From the NCBI GenBank assembly GCA_030141605.1, contig JAQGDQ010000347.1:188130-252129 (forward strand): a DNA stretch of 64,000 nucleotides, read 5' to 3'. A program made the position numbers and the translations under genes. Position 1 is the first letter of the stretch. Every line of letters starts with the position of its first letter. Origin of the DNA: Tubiluchus corallicola (Eukaryota > Animalia > Priapulida). The notes under the pieces were generated by a model. The model ran no database searches, was not told the origin of the DNA, and worked only from the letters and a program-made list of their open reading frames with translations. Shown in pieces: positions 39,712 to 50,036 of the stretch.

Positions 39712-41079
39712 ATGAAGGACTTCACAACCGGAAAAGAAAGTTATCTTATATTAAAATTTGCCCTACCCATGGTACTGGGCAATTTTTTTCAAAATCTGTA
39801 TGGCATTGTTGACAGTATTGTTGTAGGAAAGTTTCTTGGCAAAGAGGCACTGGCTGCGGTAGGCGCATCATTTCCTATTATATTTATGCTTATCTCACTG
39901 GTAATAGGTGTAGGGTCCGGTGCTTCTGTCATTATATCTCAGTATTTCGGAGCTAAAAAGAATAGAGAAGTTGTGCAGGCGGTAGACACGGTATTTATCT
40001 TTTTCTTTATTGCTTCTATACTAGTAGCGGCAGTAGGCATACTATTCGCGGAGCCCGCCTTTCGTTTGTTGCAGCTACCGGAGGAGATTATACCAGACGC
40101 AAAACTGTATCTTAATATATACCTGCTGGGGATGATTGTTTTCTTTGGATTTAATGGTATTGCTTCTGTTTTAAGAGGTGTTGGTGACTCAAAAACACCT
40201 CTTTATTTTATGATCATTGCAACACTCACAAATATAGCCCTCGACCTGCTGTTTGTAGTTGTCTTTAAGTGGGGCATAGCAAGTGTGGCTGTTGCAACTA
40301 TTATAGCTCATGGTATCGCCTTTGCTCTGGCAGTCGCATGGCTCAATAGGTCGCATCCGTTGGTAAGGTTATCCCCGGTAAGATTCAGGTTCAATAGCAA
40401 AATATTTCATGAGTGTATCCGCATCGGGTTACCAATAGGCCTGCAACAGTCATTTGTGTCTATAAGCATGGTAGCTATCATGGGTATTGTAAATGGCTTT
40501 GGAACAAATGTGATTGCAGTATACACTGTAGCTTTAAGGCTGGATGCGTTTGCAAAAATGCCATCTATGAATTTTGCATCAGCCCTCTCTTCGTTTGTCG
40601 GTCAAAACCTGGGGGCGGGAAATGAGAAGCGTGCCAAAAAAGGATTTATTTCAACTATGCTTATGTCAGTAATATATAGCGCTTCCATCTCACTTATAAT
40701 TATCATATTCGGAAAGCCTTTGATGAGCCTTTTTACAAATGATAAAGATATTATATCCGGGGGGTACGATTATCTTATCATTGTAGGTAGTTTCTATATC
40801 CTTTTTTCGGCAATGTTCACCGTATCAGGAATGCTGCGTGGAGCAGGAGATACTTTTATACCTATGTTGATCACTATTGTAGCCCTTTGGGTAATAAGGG
40901 TTCCGCTCTCCTGGTTGTTGTCACAAAGTGAGCTACAAGAGCAAGGAATATGGTGGGCTGTTCCAATATCGTGGGCCTTTGGTTTTTTCGCATCTTATTT
41001 TTACTTTCGTACTGGCATATGGAAAAAGAAAAGAGTTGTTAATGTATCGGGAGAGGGAACTTCAGTTTTACCTATATAG
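39712..41079 (+). CDS. MATE family efflux transporter
   Basis: About 12 TM segments; YGIVDSIVVG, LRGVGDSKTP, NIALD, GQNLGAG, LRGAGDT. Confidence 0.93.
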   Translation: MKDFTTGKESYLILKFALPMVLGNFFQNLYGIVDSIVVGKFLGKEALAAVGASFPIIFMLISLVIGVGSGASVIISQYFGAKKNREVVQAVDTVFIFFFIASILVAAVGILFAEPAFRLLQLPEEIIPDAKLYLNIYLLGMIVFFGFNGIASVLRGVGDSKTPLYFMIIATLTNIALDLLFVVVFKWGIASVAVATIIAHGIAFALAVAWLNRSHPLVRLSPVRFRFNSKIFHECIRIGLPIGLQQSFVSISMVAIMGIVNGFGTNVIAVYTVALRLDAFAKMPSMNFASALSSFVGQNLGAGNEKRAKKGFISTMLMSVIYSASISLIIIIFGKPLMSLFTNDKDIISGGYDYLIIVGSFYILFSAMFTVSGMLRGAGDTFIPMLITIVALWVIRVPLSWLLSQSELQEQGIWWAVPISWAFGFFASYFYFRTGIWKKKRVVNVSGEGTSVLPI

Positions 41080-41209
41080 TGCTATTAGTATAATCACTTT
41101 AATACCGATACACCTTTTAGAAATAAGTAAGCATTGTTAAATCTTCGAATTTATAATAATTGTTCAGTGATTTTGAGGTTAAATCTTTAATTAATTATTT
41201 TATATTGAT

Positions 41210-43489
41210 ATGGCTGACGTGTTATTTTGGTTTATTCCGGTTGCTTCAATAGCAGCCCTTTTGTTTGCATGGATATTTTTTAAAAACATGATGTCCAACT
41301 CTGAAGGCACCCCCAGAATGGTGGAGATTGCCCAACACGTCAGGGATGGAGCAATGGCTTATCTAAAGCGACAGTATAAGGTTGTAAGTATTGTGTTTAT
41401 TATACTGCTGATACTATTGACTTTTTTGGCTTATCTCGGAGTGCAAAACCCTTTTGTACCTGTAGCATTCCTTACAGGCGGCTTTTTTTCCGGGCTGTGT
41501 GGTTTTCTAGGTATGAAGACAGCAACTTATGCATCAGCACGTACCGCACATGGCGCTTCCAAATCTTTAAACAGGGGTTTAAAGATAGCTTTTCGAAGTG
41601 GCGCTGTTATGGGGCTTGTTGTGGTTGGCTTTGGATTGCTTGATATATCCGCATGGTACCTTATTCTAACCAAGCTAGTATACACCGCTGAACATATGAA
41701 GGACGGGCTACACTGGATGGGGCTAACACTTGTTCACGAAGGGACTACTGAACGAATGAAAATGGTTGAGATTACCGCCACTATGCTGACCTTTGGTATG
41801 GGCGCCTCAACACAGGCATTATTTGCGCGTGTTGGTGGAGGTATATATACAAAAGCAGCCGATGTTGGCGCTGACCTTGTTGGGAAAGTAGAGGCTGGTA
41901 TTCCTGAAGATGACCCGAGAAATCCTGCTACTATTGCAGATAATGTGGGTGATAATGTGGGTGATGTTGCAGGTATGGGAGCAGACCTGTATGAATCTTA
42001 CTGCGGTTCAATACTTGCTACTGCTGCTCTGGGAGCAGCTCTTCCAGGACTCGCAGCTATTGACCAGGCGCAAGCTGTTATTGCTCCGATGATTGTTGCT
42101 GCCGTAGGTATTGTACTGTCTATAATAGGGATCTATATGGTACGTACAAAAGAGTCTGCAACTCAAAAAACTTTACTGAATGCCCTACTTTTGGGGACAG
42201 GAGGAAGCTCATTTCTTATCCTCGCTGTGTTAGTAGTGATGGTAATAATGGGGTGGCTTACATGGGGTATTTTTGCAGCTGTAGTATCCGGACTGTTAGC
42301 CGGAGTCATCATAGGTCAGGGAACAGAGTACTACACTTCCGATGAATATAAGCCCACCCGTGGAATAGCAAAACAGGCACTGCAAGGCCCTGCAACTACT
42401 ATTATTGATGGTATAGCAGTGGGAATGTATTCGACATGGCTCCCTGTTATTACTATCGTTGGCGGCATTATTGCAGCCTTTGGCTTCGCAGGAGGATTTA
42501 ATAATTTTGCAATGGGCGTTTATGGTATAGGATTTGCCGCAGTAGGTATGTTATCAACACTGGGTATTACATTAGCCACAGATGCTTTTGGCCCGATCGC
42601 CGACAATGCGGGTGGTAATGCGGAGATGTCGGAATTGCCGCCGGGGGTACGTGAGCGCACAGATGCTTTGGATATGCTGGGTAATACCACAGCTGCAACG
42701 GGAAAAGGATTTGCCATAGGCTCAGCAGCATTAACAGCGATGGCTCTTCTCGCTGCTTATATGGAAGAGGTGCGTTTATGGCTTGGTAAAGTGACGACTG
42801 ACGGAGTTATAAAGGTAGGGGATACGCTTTTTTATAAAGGGGATACCCCTGTTACACCGGAAGGTCAAAATGCTGTTGAACTTGCAACCGCCTCTATTCA
42901 CGATTTTGTCAGTGCGTACGATCTTTCTATATTCAATCCCACACTACTTGGAGGACTGTTTATTGGTGCAATGATGGCTTTTGTTTTTTGCGCTATGACA
43001 ATGAAGGCGGTTGGGCGTGCTGCCGGAAGTATGGTAGAAGAGGTTCGTCGCCAGTTTCGTGAGATCCCTGGTATAATGGAGGGAAAAGCAACACCCGAGT
43101 ATGCTAAGTGTGTTGAAATTTCAACTAAAGGGGCACAAAAGGAGATGATGCTTCCATCATTATTAGCAATTTTCGTTCCTGTGGCTACAGGTATTATTTT
43201 TGGAGTAGCAGGCGTAGTTGGCTTGCTGGCAGGAGGGTTAACAACCGGATTCACTTTGGCGTGCATGCTGAACAATTCTGGTGGAGCATGGGATAACGCT
43301 AAAAAATATATTGAGAAAGGACAGTTTGGAGGGAAAGGTAGTGAGGCGCACAAAGCAGGGGTAGTAGGAGATACAGTTGGTGATCCATTTAAGGACACCT
43401 CAGGGCCTTCTCTAAATATCCTTATTAAGCTAATGACAATGGCATCTGTGGTAATGTCTGGTGTAACGGTAGCACATAGTTTACTATAG
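41210..43489 (+). CDS. hppA: Membrane-bound K+-dependent Na+(/H+)-translocating pyrophosphatase
   Basis: GGGIYTKAADVGADLVGKVE, DNVGDNVGD, GNTTAA (Ala form, K+-dependent), GDTVGDPFKDTSGP. Confidence 0.95.
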   Translation: MADVLFWFIPVASIAALLFAWIFFKNMMSNSEGTPRMVEIAQHVRDGAMAYLKRQYKVVSIVFIILLILLTFLAYLGVQNPFVPVAFLTGGFFSGLCGFLGMKTATYASARTAHGASKSLNRGLKIAFRSGAVMGLVVVGFGLLDISAWYLILTKLVYTAEHMKDGLHWMGLTLVHEGTTERMKMVEITATMLTFGMGASTQALFARVGGGIYTKAADVGADLVGKVEAGIPEDDPRNPATIADNVGDNVGDVAGMGADLYESYCGSILATAALGAALPGLAAIDQAQAVIAPMIVAAVGIVLSIIGIYMVRTKESATQKTLLNALLLGTGGSSFLILAVLVVMVIMGWLTWGIFAAVVSGLLAGVIIGQGTEYYTSDEYKPTRGIAKQALQGPATTIIDGIAVGMYSTWLPVITIVGGIIAAFGFAGGFNNFAMGVYGIGFAAVGMLSTLGITLATDAFGPIADNAGGNAEMSELPPGVRERTDALDMLGNTTAATGKGFAIGSAALTAMALLAAYMEEVRLWLGKVTTDGVIKVGDTLFYKGDTPVTPEGQNAVELATASIHDFVSAYDLSIFNPTLLGGLFIGAMMAFVFCAMTMKAVGRAAGSMVEEVRRQFREIPGIMEGKATPEYAKCVEISTKGAQKEMMLPSLLAIFVPVATGIIFGVAGVVGLLAGGLTTGFTLACMLNNSGGAWDNAKKYIEKGQFGGKGSEAHKAGVVGDTVGDPFKDTSGPSLNILIKLMTMASVVMSGVTVAHSLL

Positions 43490-43516
43490 AGACATAACCA
43501 TAGGGAGAATAAATAT

Positions 43517-43555
43517 AAGCCGGGTAGGAGTTTGATATACTTCACTCGGCTTTTT
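43517..43555 (+). terminator. Intrinsic terminator after hppA
   Basis: AAGCCGGGT...ACTCGGCTT stem followed by a T run. Confidence 0.65.
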
Positions 43556-43757
43556 ATGGCAAAGTCTTATGTAAAACCATCTTTATTTTGAGGCCTTTAT
43601 AAAACTTATCTCTTTGTGGCAAAGCTACCACTTCTCCATTTATTACCAGCAACCTTCTGTTTCTCGTTAAGCCAATCCCCTGACTAGATCAGGTCTTATT
43701 TTGCAAAGGTCTTAAATTAAGCATAGCTTTGCTCTCCTTCGCAAACAAGATACAAAG

Positions 43758-44663
43758 ATGAAGGGACAGATAAATTCGACAATGATACTGGCCATAATTG
43801 CCTGCTTGCTATGGGCCTCAGCATTTACCGGTGTAAAAATAGGGCTGGCATACTCGCCACCCTTCCAATTTGCAGGGATACGCTTTTTACTATCAGGACT
43901 GATAGTGTTGCCATTTGCTAGGCTAAAATTTCATGACTATTTACGAATAGTCAAAAACCATCTAGGTTTTATTCTGTACCTAGGTCTTTTCCAGACCTTT
44001 GTGCAATACTCTCTGTTTTACAAAGGGCTGGACTATGTCCCAGGAGCTCTCGGCGCTATTATTATTGGCTCCGCCCCCCTTTTTATTGCACTTGCCGCCC
44101 ACTACTCAATGCCGGGAGATAAAATGAGCTGGAAGAAGGCTGCAGCGATAACACTAGGGCTTTCGGGAATAGTCCTAGTGAGTCTAAGAAAAGGAGAAAT
44201 TAGCATAAGTGAAAAGTACTGGTTTTTGGGAATTACGCTGCTTATTCTTTGCAACATAACCTCGGGGGTCTCAAATGTTATTATCGCACGAAACCGCAAT
44301 AAAGTCCCTCCACTGGTATTAAGCTCCTCGTCTATGATATTGGGTGGAACTATGCTTTTCCTATTTTCAATGTTTTTTGAAAAGGGACAATTTAGTATCT
44401 ATCCGGTGGAATATTATGGAGTTCTTGCATGGTTAAGCCTTCTCTCCTCCATCTCAATATCTATATGGATCATACTTCTGGGGCGTAAAAATGTAAAGGT
44501 TTCCAACCTTAATATGTGGAAGTTTATCATACCTATTTTTGGTGCGTTGCTGAGTTGGGCAGTCATATCCGAAGAGTCGCCAGATATACGCTCTATTGCA
44601 GGAATGGTGTTGACAGGAAGTTCTCTATTCTTACTAAATTATATAAACAGGAAGGGGCTTTAG
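43758..44663 (+). CDS. DMT/EamA family transporter
   Basis: About 10 TM segments in two EamA repeats (LLWASAF, PPFQFAGIRF, PIFGALLSW); TAGCTTTG -7 box at 43724-43731. Confidence 0.92.
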   Translation: MKGQINSTMILAIIACLLWASAFTGVKIGLAYSPPFQFAGIRFLLSGLIVLPFARLKFHDYLRIVKNHLGFILYLGLFQTFVQYSLFYKGLDYVPGALGAIIIGSAPLFIALAAHYSMPGDKMSWKKAAAITLGLSGIVLVSLRKGEISISEKYWFLGITLLILCNITSGVSNVIIARNRNKVPPLVLSSSSMILGGTMLFLFSMFFEKGQFSIYPVEYYGVLAWLSLLSSISISIWIILLGRKNVKVSNLNMWKFIIPIFGALLSWAVISEESPDIRSIAGMVLTGSSLFLLNYINRKGL

Positions 44664-44752
44664 AGTAGATTCATAGGTGTAATAGTAAGCCTATAGCTCC
44701 CCAAATTTTTCTTCAATCCAAGTCAAAACCTTTCGCCTTGCAAAGGGCTCAA

Positions 44753-44784
44753 TTTGTAATTATTCTTCACAAATAGTATCTTTA
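44753..44784 (+). promoter_or_regulatory. Candidate tldDE promoter displaced by IS4
   Basis: TTTG-N20-TATCTTTA, one mismatch to the Bacteroidota TTTG-N19-21-TAnnTTTG consensus, just left of the IS target site. Confidence 0.4.
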
Positions 44785-44800
44785 GAGAGAATTCTTATCT

Positions 44801-46098
44801 CACTACTGTCCACTTAAAACATACTGAGTGACAGTTGATTATTATCTCGTTCTTTGACATTATTGTAATCTAGTTTTATAAACAGCTCATTTATAGGTGA
44901 TTTATCAAATAAGGAGATGCCTAAAATCTGTAGAATTTCGTAAGTTGAACTCTTAAGGTTTAGGTCATGCCCCACAATGGCAACCAAACAGTATGTTATG
45001 ATTGCAGAGTAAATTTGTATTCTAACTGCATTTTCGGAATTGCCCCAAAAGTTTTTAACTTTTAAATGTTGCTTTATCCATTTGAAGAACAGCTCTACTT
45101 GCCATCTGTTTTTGTATAAGTAAGCGATATCTTCTGCGGAAAGCTCAAAATTGTTGGTCAAGAAAATGAATTCTCTTGAGGTTTCTTCATCATAGAACTT
45201 TATCCTCCTGATTTTTTCGGGGTAATCCTTAGATTGATAGAAGCCAGTTAGTTTGCCTATTTGGTCGCACTTTACACCTGTGCTCTTGTCAACGGGATTT
45301 GAATACATCCGTTTAAATTTAAGGTTGGACTTGGCTCTGACGACGAAATATGCAGAGAGGTTTGTTATTCTGAAAAGCCGTTTAAAATCGACATACCCCC
45401 GGTCAAACACATAATAAGCGTTTGCTTCGTAAGGTATCACGTCCATTGCATTGACATCGTGTACGGAAGCTTCTGTGATATGCACAAACACTGGTATTTG
45501 TATTGTAACATCAAACAAGGTATGAAGCTTTATTCCTCCTTTTTTCTTGCGAAACTTTGCCCACCAGAATATATTCAAGGCACAAGTCTATCGTTGATGA
45601 ATCAAATGCATATACCTTGCCTTTGATCTTAAAGGTGTCGTTTGATAGTTTTTTGCGCGCTACATCAATCATGTAGTATGCAAATTCCTCAAAAATCTTG
45701 CTGTTCCTTTTTTCATTGGCTTTAGCAAGATTGCTGCGGGATACGCTCTTGCCAAAACCAAGATGGTAAGTTTTGTTGCTGTGTGCATTTACCGCAACAG
45801 TCAGGTCTCGTAAACTATCCCTGTTTGTTAACTGACCAAATATCATACAGAGCAACTGGTTCCAACATGTAAAATGCTTGATGTACCTGTTGCCGGAATA
45901 TTTAGAAACGAATTTATCAAATACCCGTCGGGGCAGAAACATGCTCAATTGGGCAAAAACATATTTACCTTTATTCATCACAGAAAATAATTTCCGCAAA
46001 CATAAAGGATTCAAATCGTCACCGTTTAAATATCGCTGTAAAATTCAGATATACTATAATTTAAAAGAACGTTTTTTACTTTTTAATGGACACTATTG
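44801..46098 (-). mobile_element. IS4-family insertion sequence
   Basis: Terminal inverted repeats CACTACTGTCCACTTAAAA and CAATAGTGTCCATTAAAA; perfect 9-bp direct repeat TTCTTATCT at 44792-44800 and 46099-46107. Confidence 0.92.
44814..45978 (-). pseudogene. IS4-family (DUF4372-type) transposase with a +1 frameshift
   Basis: MNKGKYVFAQL...FTCWNQLLCMIFGQL...DSSTIDLC continues in another frame as LNIFWWAKFR...FDRGY...YKNRWQVELFFKWIKQ; one extra C near 45579. Confidence 0.88.
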
Positions 46099-46196
46099 TT
46101 CTTATCTATAACCTTATAAATCCACAGGATGGGACTGTCTTCTAAACAATCTTTTTTGAAATTACAAACCCTTCCATTTTTAAAAATTTATACAAA

Positions 46197-47744
46197 ATGA
46201 GAGTATGTATTCATAGGCGTGATTTTTTAAAAACCGGAGCTCTTTCAGTTGCGGGAACTGCTATTGCTCCACAACTTTTGTCTCAGTGTACTTCCCCTGC
46301 TAAAAAACTTGGGGGAGCTATGTCTTTTAACGATTACCTGTCCCACTTTGGAGTTACGCAAGAAATGATTCAGCAGATTATTTCCGAAGGACTGTCAAAA
46401 GGTGGCGATTACTGCGATGTGTACTTCCAACACACCATAAGCAATAATATCGGACTGGAAGATAAGGCTGTTAACCGAGCATATTCAGATATCAGCCTTG
46501 GTGTAGGAGTTCGAGTGTTGCAGGGTGATCAGGCCGGATATTCTTTTAGTGAAGAGATATCATTAAAAGCTATGAAGTCAGCAGCACGCACCGCGGCCAA
46601 TATTGCAACCAGCAGTGCAAAAACAGTAGCTCCCGTGGCTTTTGACTCACCTAAGCTGCCCAGCTATTATAAGATTAAAACACCCTGGGAGAATGTTTAC
46701 ATCAATGAAAAGATTCCTTACCTGCAAAAAATCAACGATAAAGTATTTGCAATGGACCATCGGGTGATCAAATCAAATATATGGTTTTCCGATGAAACAT
46801 CATACGTACTGTTTGCCAACTCTGAGGGTATAATAACACACGACTATTTACCAATGGGACAAGTTAGGGTAAGCTGTATTGCGGAGCAAAACGGGCAGAA
46901 AGAGCAAAATTCCTTTGGCTTATCAGGCAGATACGGTATTGAATTTTTCACACCAGAAACAGTAGATAGGTTGGCAAGTGAAGTGGTTAAACGTACTGTT
47001 ACCTTATTCGATGCTGTTAAGCCTAAAGCGGGAGAGCTACCTGTTGTATTAGCTGCCGGCAGCTCAGGAATACTTCTGCATGAAGCTATAGGGCATGGTA
47101 TAGAGGCTGACTTCAACCGCAAAGGGGAGTCTATCTTTAGTGATAAGATAGGCAAAAAAGTGGCTGAAGATTTTGTTACCATCGTTGATGATGGAACCAT
47201 GCCCAATGTTCGCGGCTCAATTAACGTAGATGATGAAGGCAATATATCTCAATACACTTGCCTGGTCGAAAAAGGTACTATGATCTCGTATTTGCACGAC
47301 CGTATTAGCGCTAGGCACTATGGAGTAGACTTTACCGGCAATGGAAGGCGCGAATCGTTTCGTCACATGCCAATGCCACGTATGCGTAACACTTATATGT
47401 TACCTGGGCCACACGATAAAGATGAAATTATTAAAACTATTAAGTATGGTATCTATGCTGAGTCCTTTTCTAATGGACAAGTAATGATTGGTGCAGGTGA
47501 TTTTACATTTTATGTAAGTACCGGTTATCTCATAGAAGATGGGAAATTGACACATCCAATTAAGGATATCAATATTATCGGCAATGGCCCCCAAGTATTG
47601 AAAGATATTGAGATGGTGGCTGATGATCTGAAAATAACTGAGGGGAGCTGGACATGTGGCAAAAATGGACAGGGTGTCCCCGTATCTACTGGCTTGCCAA
47701 CTGTAAAGGTATCTAAGATTACAGTAGGCGGAGTGAATGCCTAA
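46197..47744 (+). CDS. tldD: TldD metalloprotease subunit with Tat/lipoprotein signal
   Basis: HEAIGH zinc motif, GNGRRES, PMPRMRNTYM, CGKNGQ; N-terminal RRDFLK...LSQC. Confidence 0.92.
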   Translation: MRVCIHRRDFLKTGALSVAGTAIAPQLLSQCTSPAKKLGGAMSFNDYLSHFGVTQEMIQQIISEGLSKGGDYCDVYFQHTISNNIGLEDKAVNRAYSDISLGVGVRVLQGDQAGYSFSEEISLKAMKSAARTAANIATSSAKTVAPVAFDSPKLPSYYKIKTPWENVYINEKIPYLQKINDKVFAMDHRVIKSNIWFSDETSYVLFANSEGIITHDYLPMGQVRVSCIAEQNGQKEQNSFGLSGRYGIEFFTPETVDRLASEVVKRTVTLFDAVKPKAGELPVVLAAGSSGILLHEAIGHGIEADFNRKGESIFSDKIGKKVAEDFVTIVDDGTMPNVRGSINVDDEGNISQYTCLVEKGTMISYLHDRISARHYGVDFTGNGRRESFRHMPMPRMRNTYMLPGPHDKDEIIKTIKYGIYAESFSNGQVMIGAGDFTFYVSTGYLIEDGKLTHPIKDINIIGNGPQVLKDIEMVADDLKITEGSWTCGKNGQGVPVSTGLPTVKVSKITVGGVNA

Positions 47745-47772
47745 TCACTTTTTATTTAAAAATTTTTGAAAA

Positions 47773-49092
47773 ATGACAAATAAGGAACGTAAAGATTTGG
47801 CAAAATGGGTAGTTGGTTTTGCCAAAAAACAGGGAGCTTCTGAGGTGGCAACATCCATTTCCAACTCAAGGTCCGTAACCATTGAAGTACGTGAGCAAAA
47901 AGTGGAGAAAATCCAGGAATCGACACAAAATGGGCTGTATCTAAATATTTATCAGGATAATAAATACTCCGGACACTCCACTAATAATTTAAATAAAAGA
48001 GATCTGGAAAAGTTTATCAAGGAGGCAGTTGCAGCAACTAAGTACTTGACACCAGATAAGTTCAGATCCTTACCCGACTCCTCTTTATATCCATCTAGCT
48101 TTGATATCGACCTCCAGGTAAATGATGATTCGTACAGTAAAATATCACCTGAAAAGAGGGTGGATATTGCTATGAAAATTGAAAGTGTATCCCGTAAGCA
48201 AAGCAATAAAATCATTTCTGTTACAAGTGGCTACCAGGATAGTCTCTCTGAGAGTGTCCGAGTACACAGTAACGGATTGGAAGGTGATCATGTTTCCACC
48301 TCTTTTTGGGCAGGCGGCACGGTAACAGTGAAAGATGGAGATGCCAGGCCATCAGGTTATTTCTGGGGAGGGGCACGCTTCTTTAATGAAATGCCAGAGT
48401 CTGGTGAACTAGGTAAGCTGGCAGCTGATAAAGCTCTTAGTCGAATAGGGCAAACAAAAATTGCTTCTGGCAAGTATGATATGTTACTTGATAACGCTGT
48501 TGCCGGAAGAATGCTGCATACTCTTACCTCACCTATGTCAGCCAGGCAGCTACAACAGAAAAGCTCATACCTGGAAAATATGCTAAACAAGCCTATTGCC
48601 TCTTCTGTTTTAACTTTAATTGACGACCCCGCGATTCCACGTGGATTTGGGTCGCGTGTATATGACGGTGAAGGTATTGCATCCAAAAAGAGGGTGATGA
48701 TAGAAAAGGGGGTATTGAAACAATATTACGTTGACAACTACTACGGCAAAAAGCTGGATATGACACCAAATGGAGGTTCTCCTTCCAATACAGTTTTCAG
48801 CCTCGGTAACCGCTCACAAGATGCCATAATAAAGGGTACTAAAAAGGGAATAATGGTGACATCGTTTAATGGGGGCAACTCCAATAGTACAACAGGTGAT
48901 TTCTCTTTTGGTATATCAGGCTTTTTAATTGAAAATGGAAAAATCACAAAACCGGTTAATGAGATGAATATTTCCGGTAATGCAAGGAATCTTTGGAAGC
49001 ATTTGAAAGAGGTCGGTAATGATCCGTATGCCTACTCATCCACTAAAATTCCCACAATGCTATTTAGCAATATTGATTTTAGTGGAACTTAA
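47773..49092 (+). CDS. pmbA: TldE/PmbA non-catalytic subunit
   Basis: TldD/PmbA family motifs (DGEG, GGNSNSTTGDFSFG, PVNEMNISGN) without HExxxH; adjacent to tldD. Confidence 0.88.
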   Translation: MTNKERKDLAKWVVGFAKKQGASEVATSISNSRSVTIEVREQKVEKIQESTQNGLYLNIYQDNKYSGHSTNNLNKRDLEKFIKEAVAATKYLTPDKFRSLPDSSLYPSSFDIDLQVNDDSYSKISPEKRVDIAMKIESVSRKQSNKIISVTSGYQDSLSESVRVHSNGLEGDHVSTSFWAGGTVTVKDGDARPSGYFWGGARFFNEMPESGELGKLAADKALSRIGQTKIASGKYDMLLDNAVAGRMLHTLTSPMSARQLQQKSSYLENMLNKPIASSVLTLIDDPAIPRGFGSRVYDGEGIASKKRVMIEKGVLKQYYVDNYYGKKLDMTPNGGSPSNTVFSLGNRSQDAIIKGTKKGIMVTSFNGGNSNSTTGDFSFGISGFLIENGKITKPVNEMNISGNARNLWKHLKEVGNDPYAYSSTKIPTMLFSNIDFSGT

Positions 49093-49150
49093 AGCTTACT
49101 GATATATTATACCGCCAATACCGAATATTCTATAAAAGACTGATATTGAA

Positions 49151-49984
49151 TTATATCAGTTTTTTATTTTTTAAAATAGCTGACATTTCATCTCTTCGCT
49201 TTTTTGCGACCTCTTTTGCTTTGACTGCAAAGTCCTCTCCACTGGAGGCATAAATAATTTCTCTGGATGAGTTTACCAGTAGCCCACACTTGTCATTCAG
49301 CCCATAGTCTGCCACCTCCTGAAGGCTTCCCCCCTGTGCTCCTACACCGGGCACCAGTAAAAAATGATTAGGCACAATCTTCCTGATACCGGAAAGGCTT
49401 TGTGCCTTTGTTGCTCCCACCACATACATAAGGTTTTCTTCTGTTCCCCAACTCTTTGACTTCTTTATAACTTTCTCAAAAAGCGCCTCTCCCGTCTCCC
49501 TCTCCTCTGTTAACTGAAAATCGTAAGAGCCTCTGTTTGATGTTAGAGCTAAAAGAACTACCCATCTGTTAAGGTATGACATAAAAGGTTTTACAGAATC
49601 TTCTCCCATATAGGGAGCAACGGTAACTGCATCAAAGTCCAGGCAATCAAAAAAAGCTCTGGCATACATAGAGGATGTATTACCTATATCACCTCTCTTA
49701 GCATCGGCAATAATGAAAATATCGGGATGCCTATCGCGTATATAGTCTACTGTCTTTTTCAAGCTACTCCACCCTCTTTCACCCAACGCCTCATAAAAAG
49801 CAAGATTTGGTTTATACGCAACTGACAAATCAGCTGTTGCATCGATTATTCCCTTGTTAAAAGCAAAAATAGGATCATCTGTACAGGCCAAAAAGTGTGG
49901 TATCTTTTGTATGTCTGTATCCAATCCAACACAGAGGAAGGATTCCTTCTTTTTTATATTCTCGAATAGTTGTTGTGAATCCAT
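49151..49984 (-). CDS. pyrF: Orotidine-5'-phosphate decarboxylase
   Basis: [40 protein letters not shown] at 49984 preferred. Confidence 0.96.
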   Translation of the reverse strand: MDSQQLFENIKKKESFLCVGLDTDIQKIPHFLACTDDPIFAFNKGIIDATADLSVAYKPNLAFYEALGERGWSSLKKTVDYIRDRHPDIFIIADAKRGDIGNTSSMYARAFFDCLDFDAVTVAPYMGEDSVKPFMSYLNRWVVLLALTSNRGSYDFQLTEERETGEALFEKVIKKSKSWGTEENLMYVVGATKAQSLSGIRKIVPNHFLLVPGVGAQGGSLQEVADYGLNDKCGLLVNSSREIIYASSGEDFAVKAKEVAKKRRDEMSAILKNKKLI

Positions 49985-50036
49985 TGAATAAAAATAGTGT
50001 AAAAACAAGCGCCAGCAATCTTACTAGCCTCTTTCG

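Noticed and set aside
41080-41209. Possible Na+ riboswitch upstream of hppA
   Set aside because: Short, very AT-rich region with no recognisable conserved stem or motif.
42898-43545. 215-aa antisense ORF over hppA, and the many other short overlapping ORFs in the track
   Set aside because: Shadow frames of well-supported genes, with no motifs of their own.
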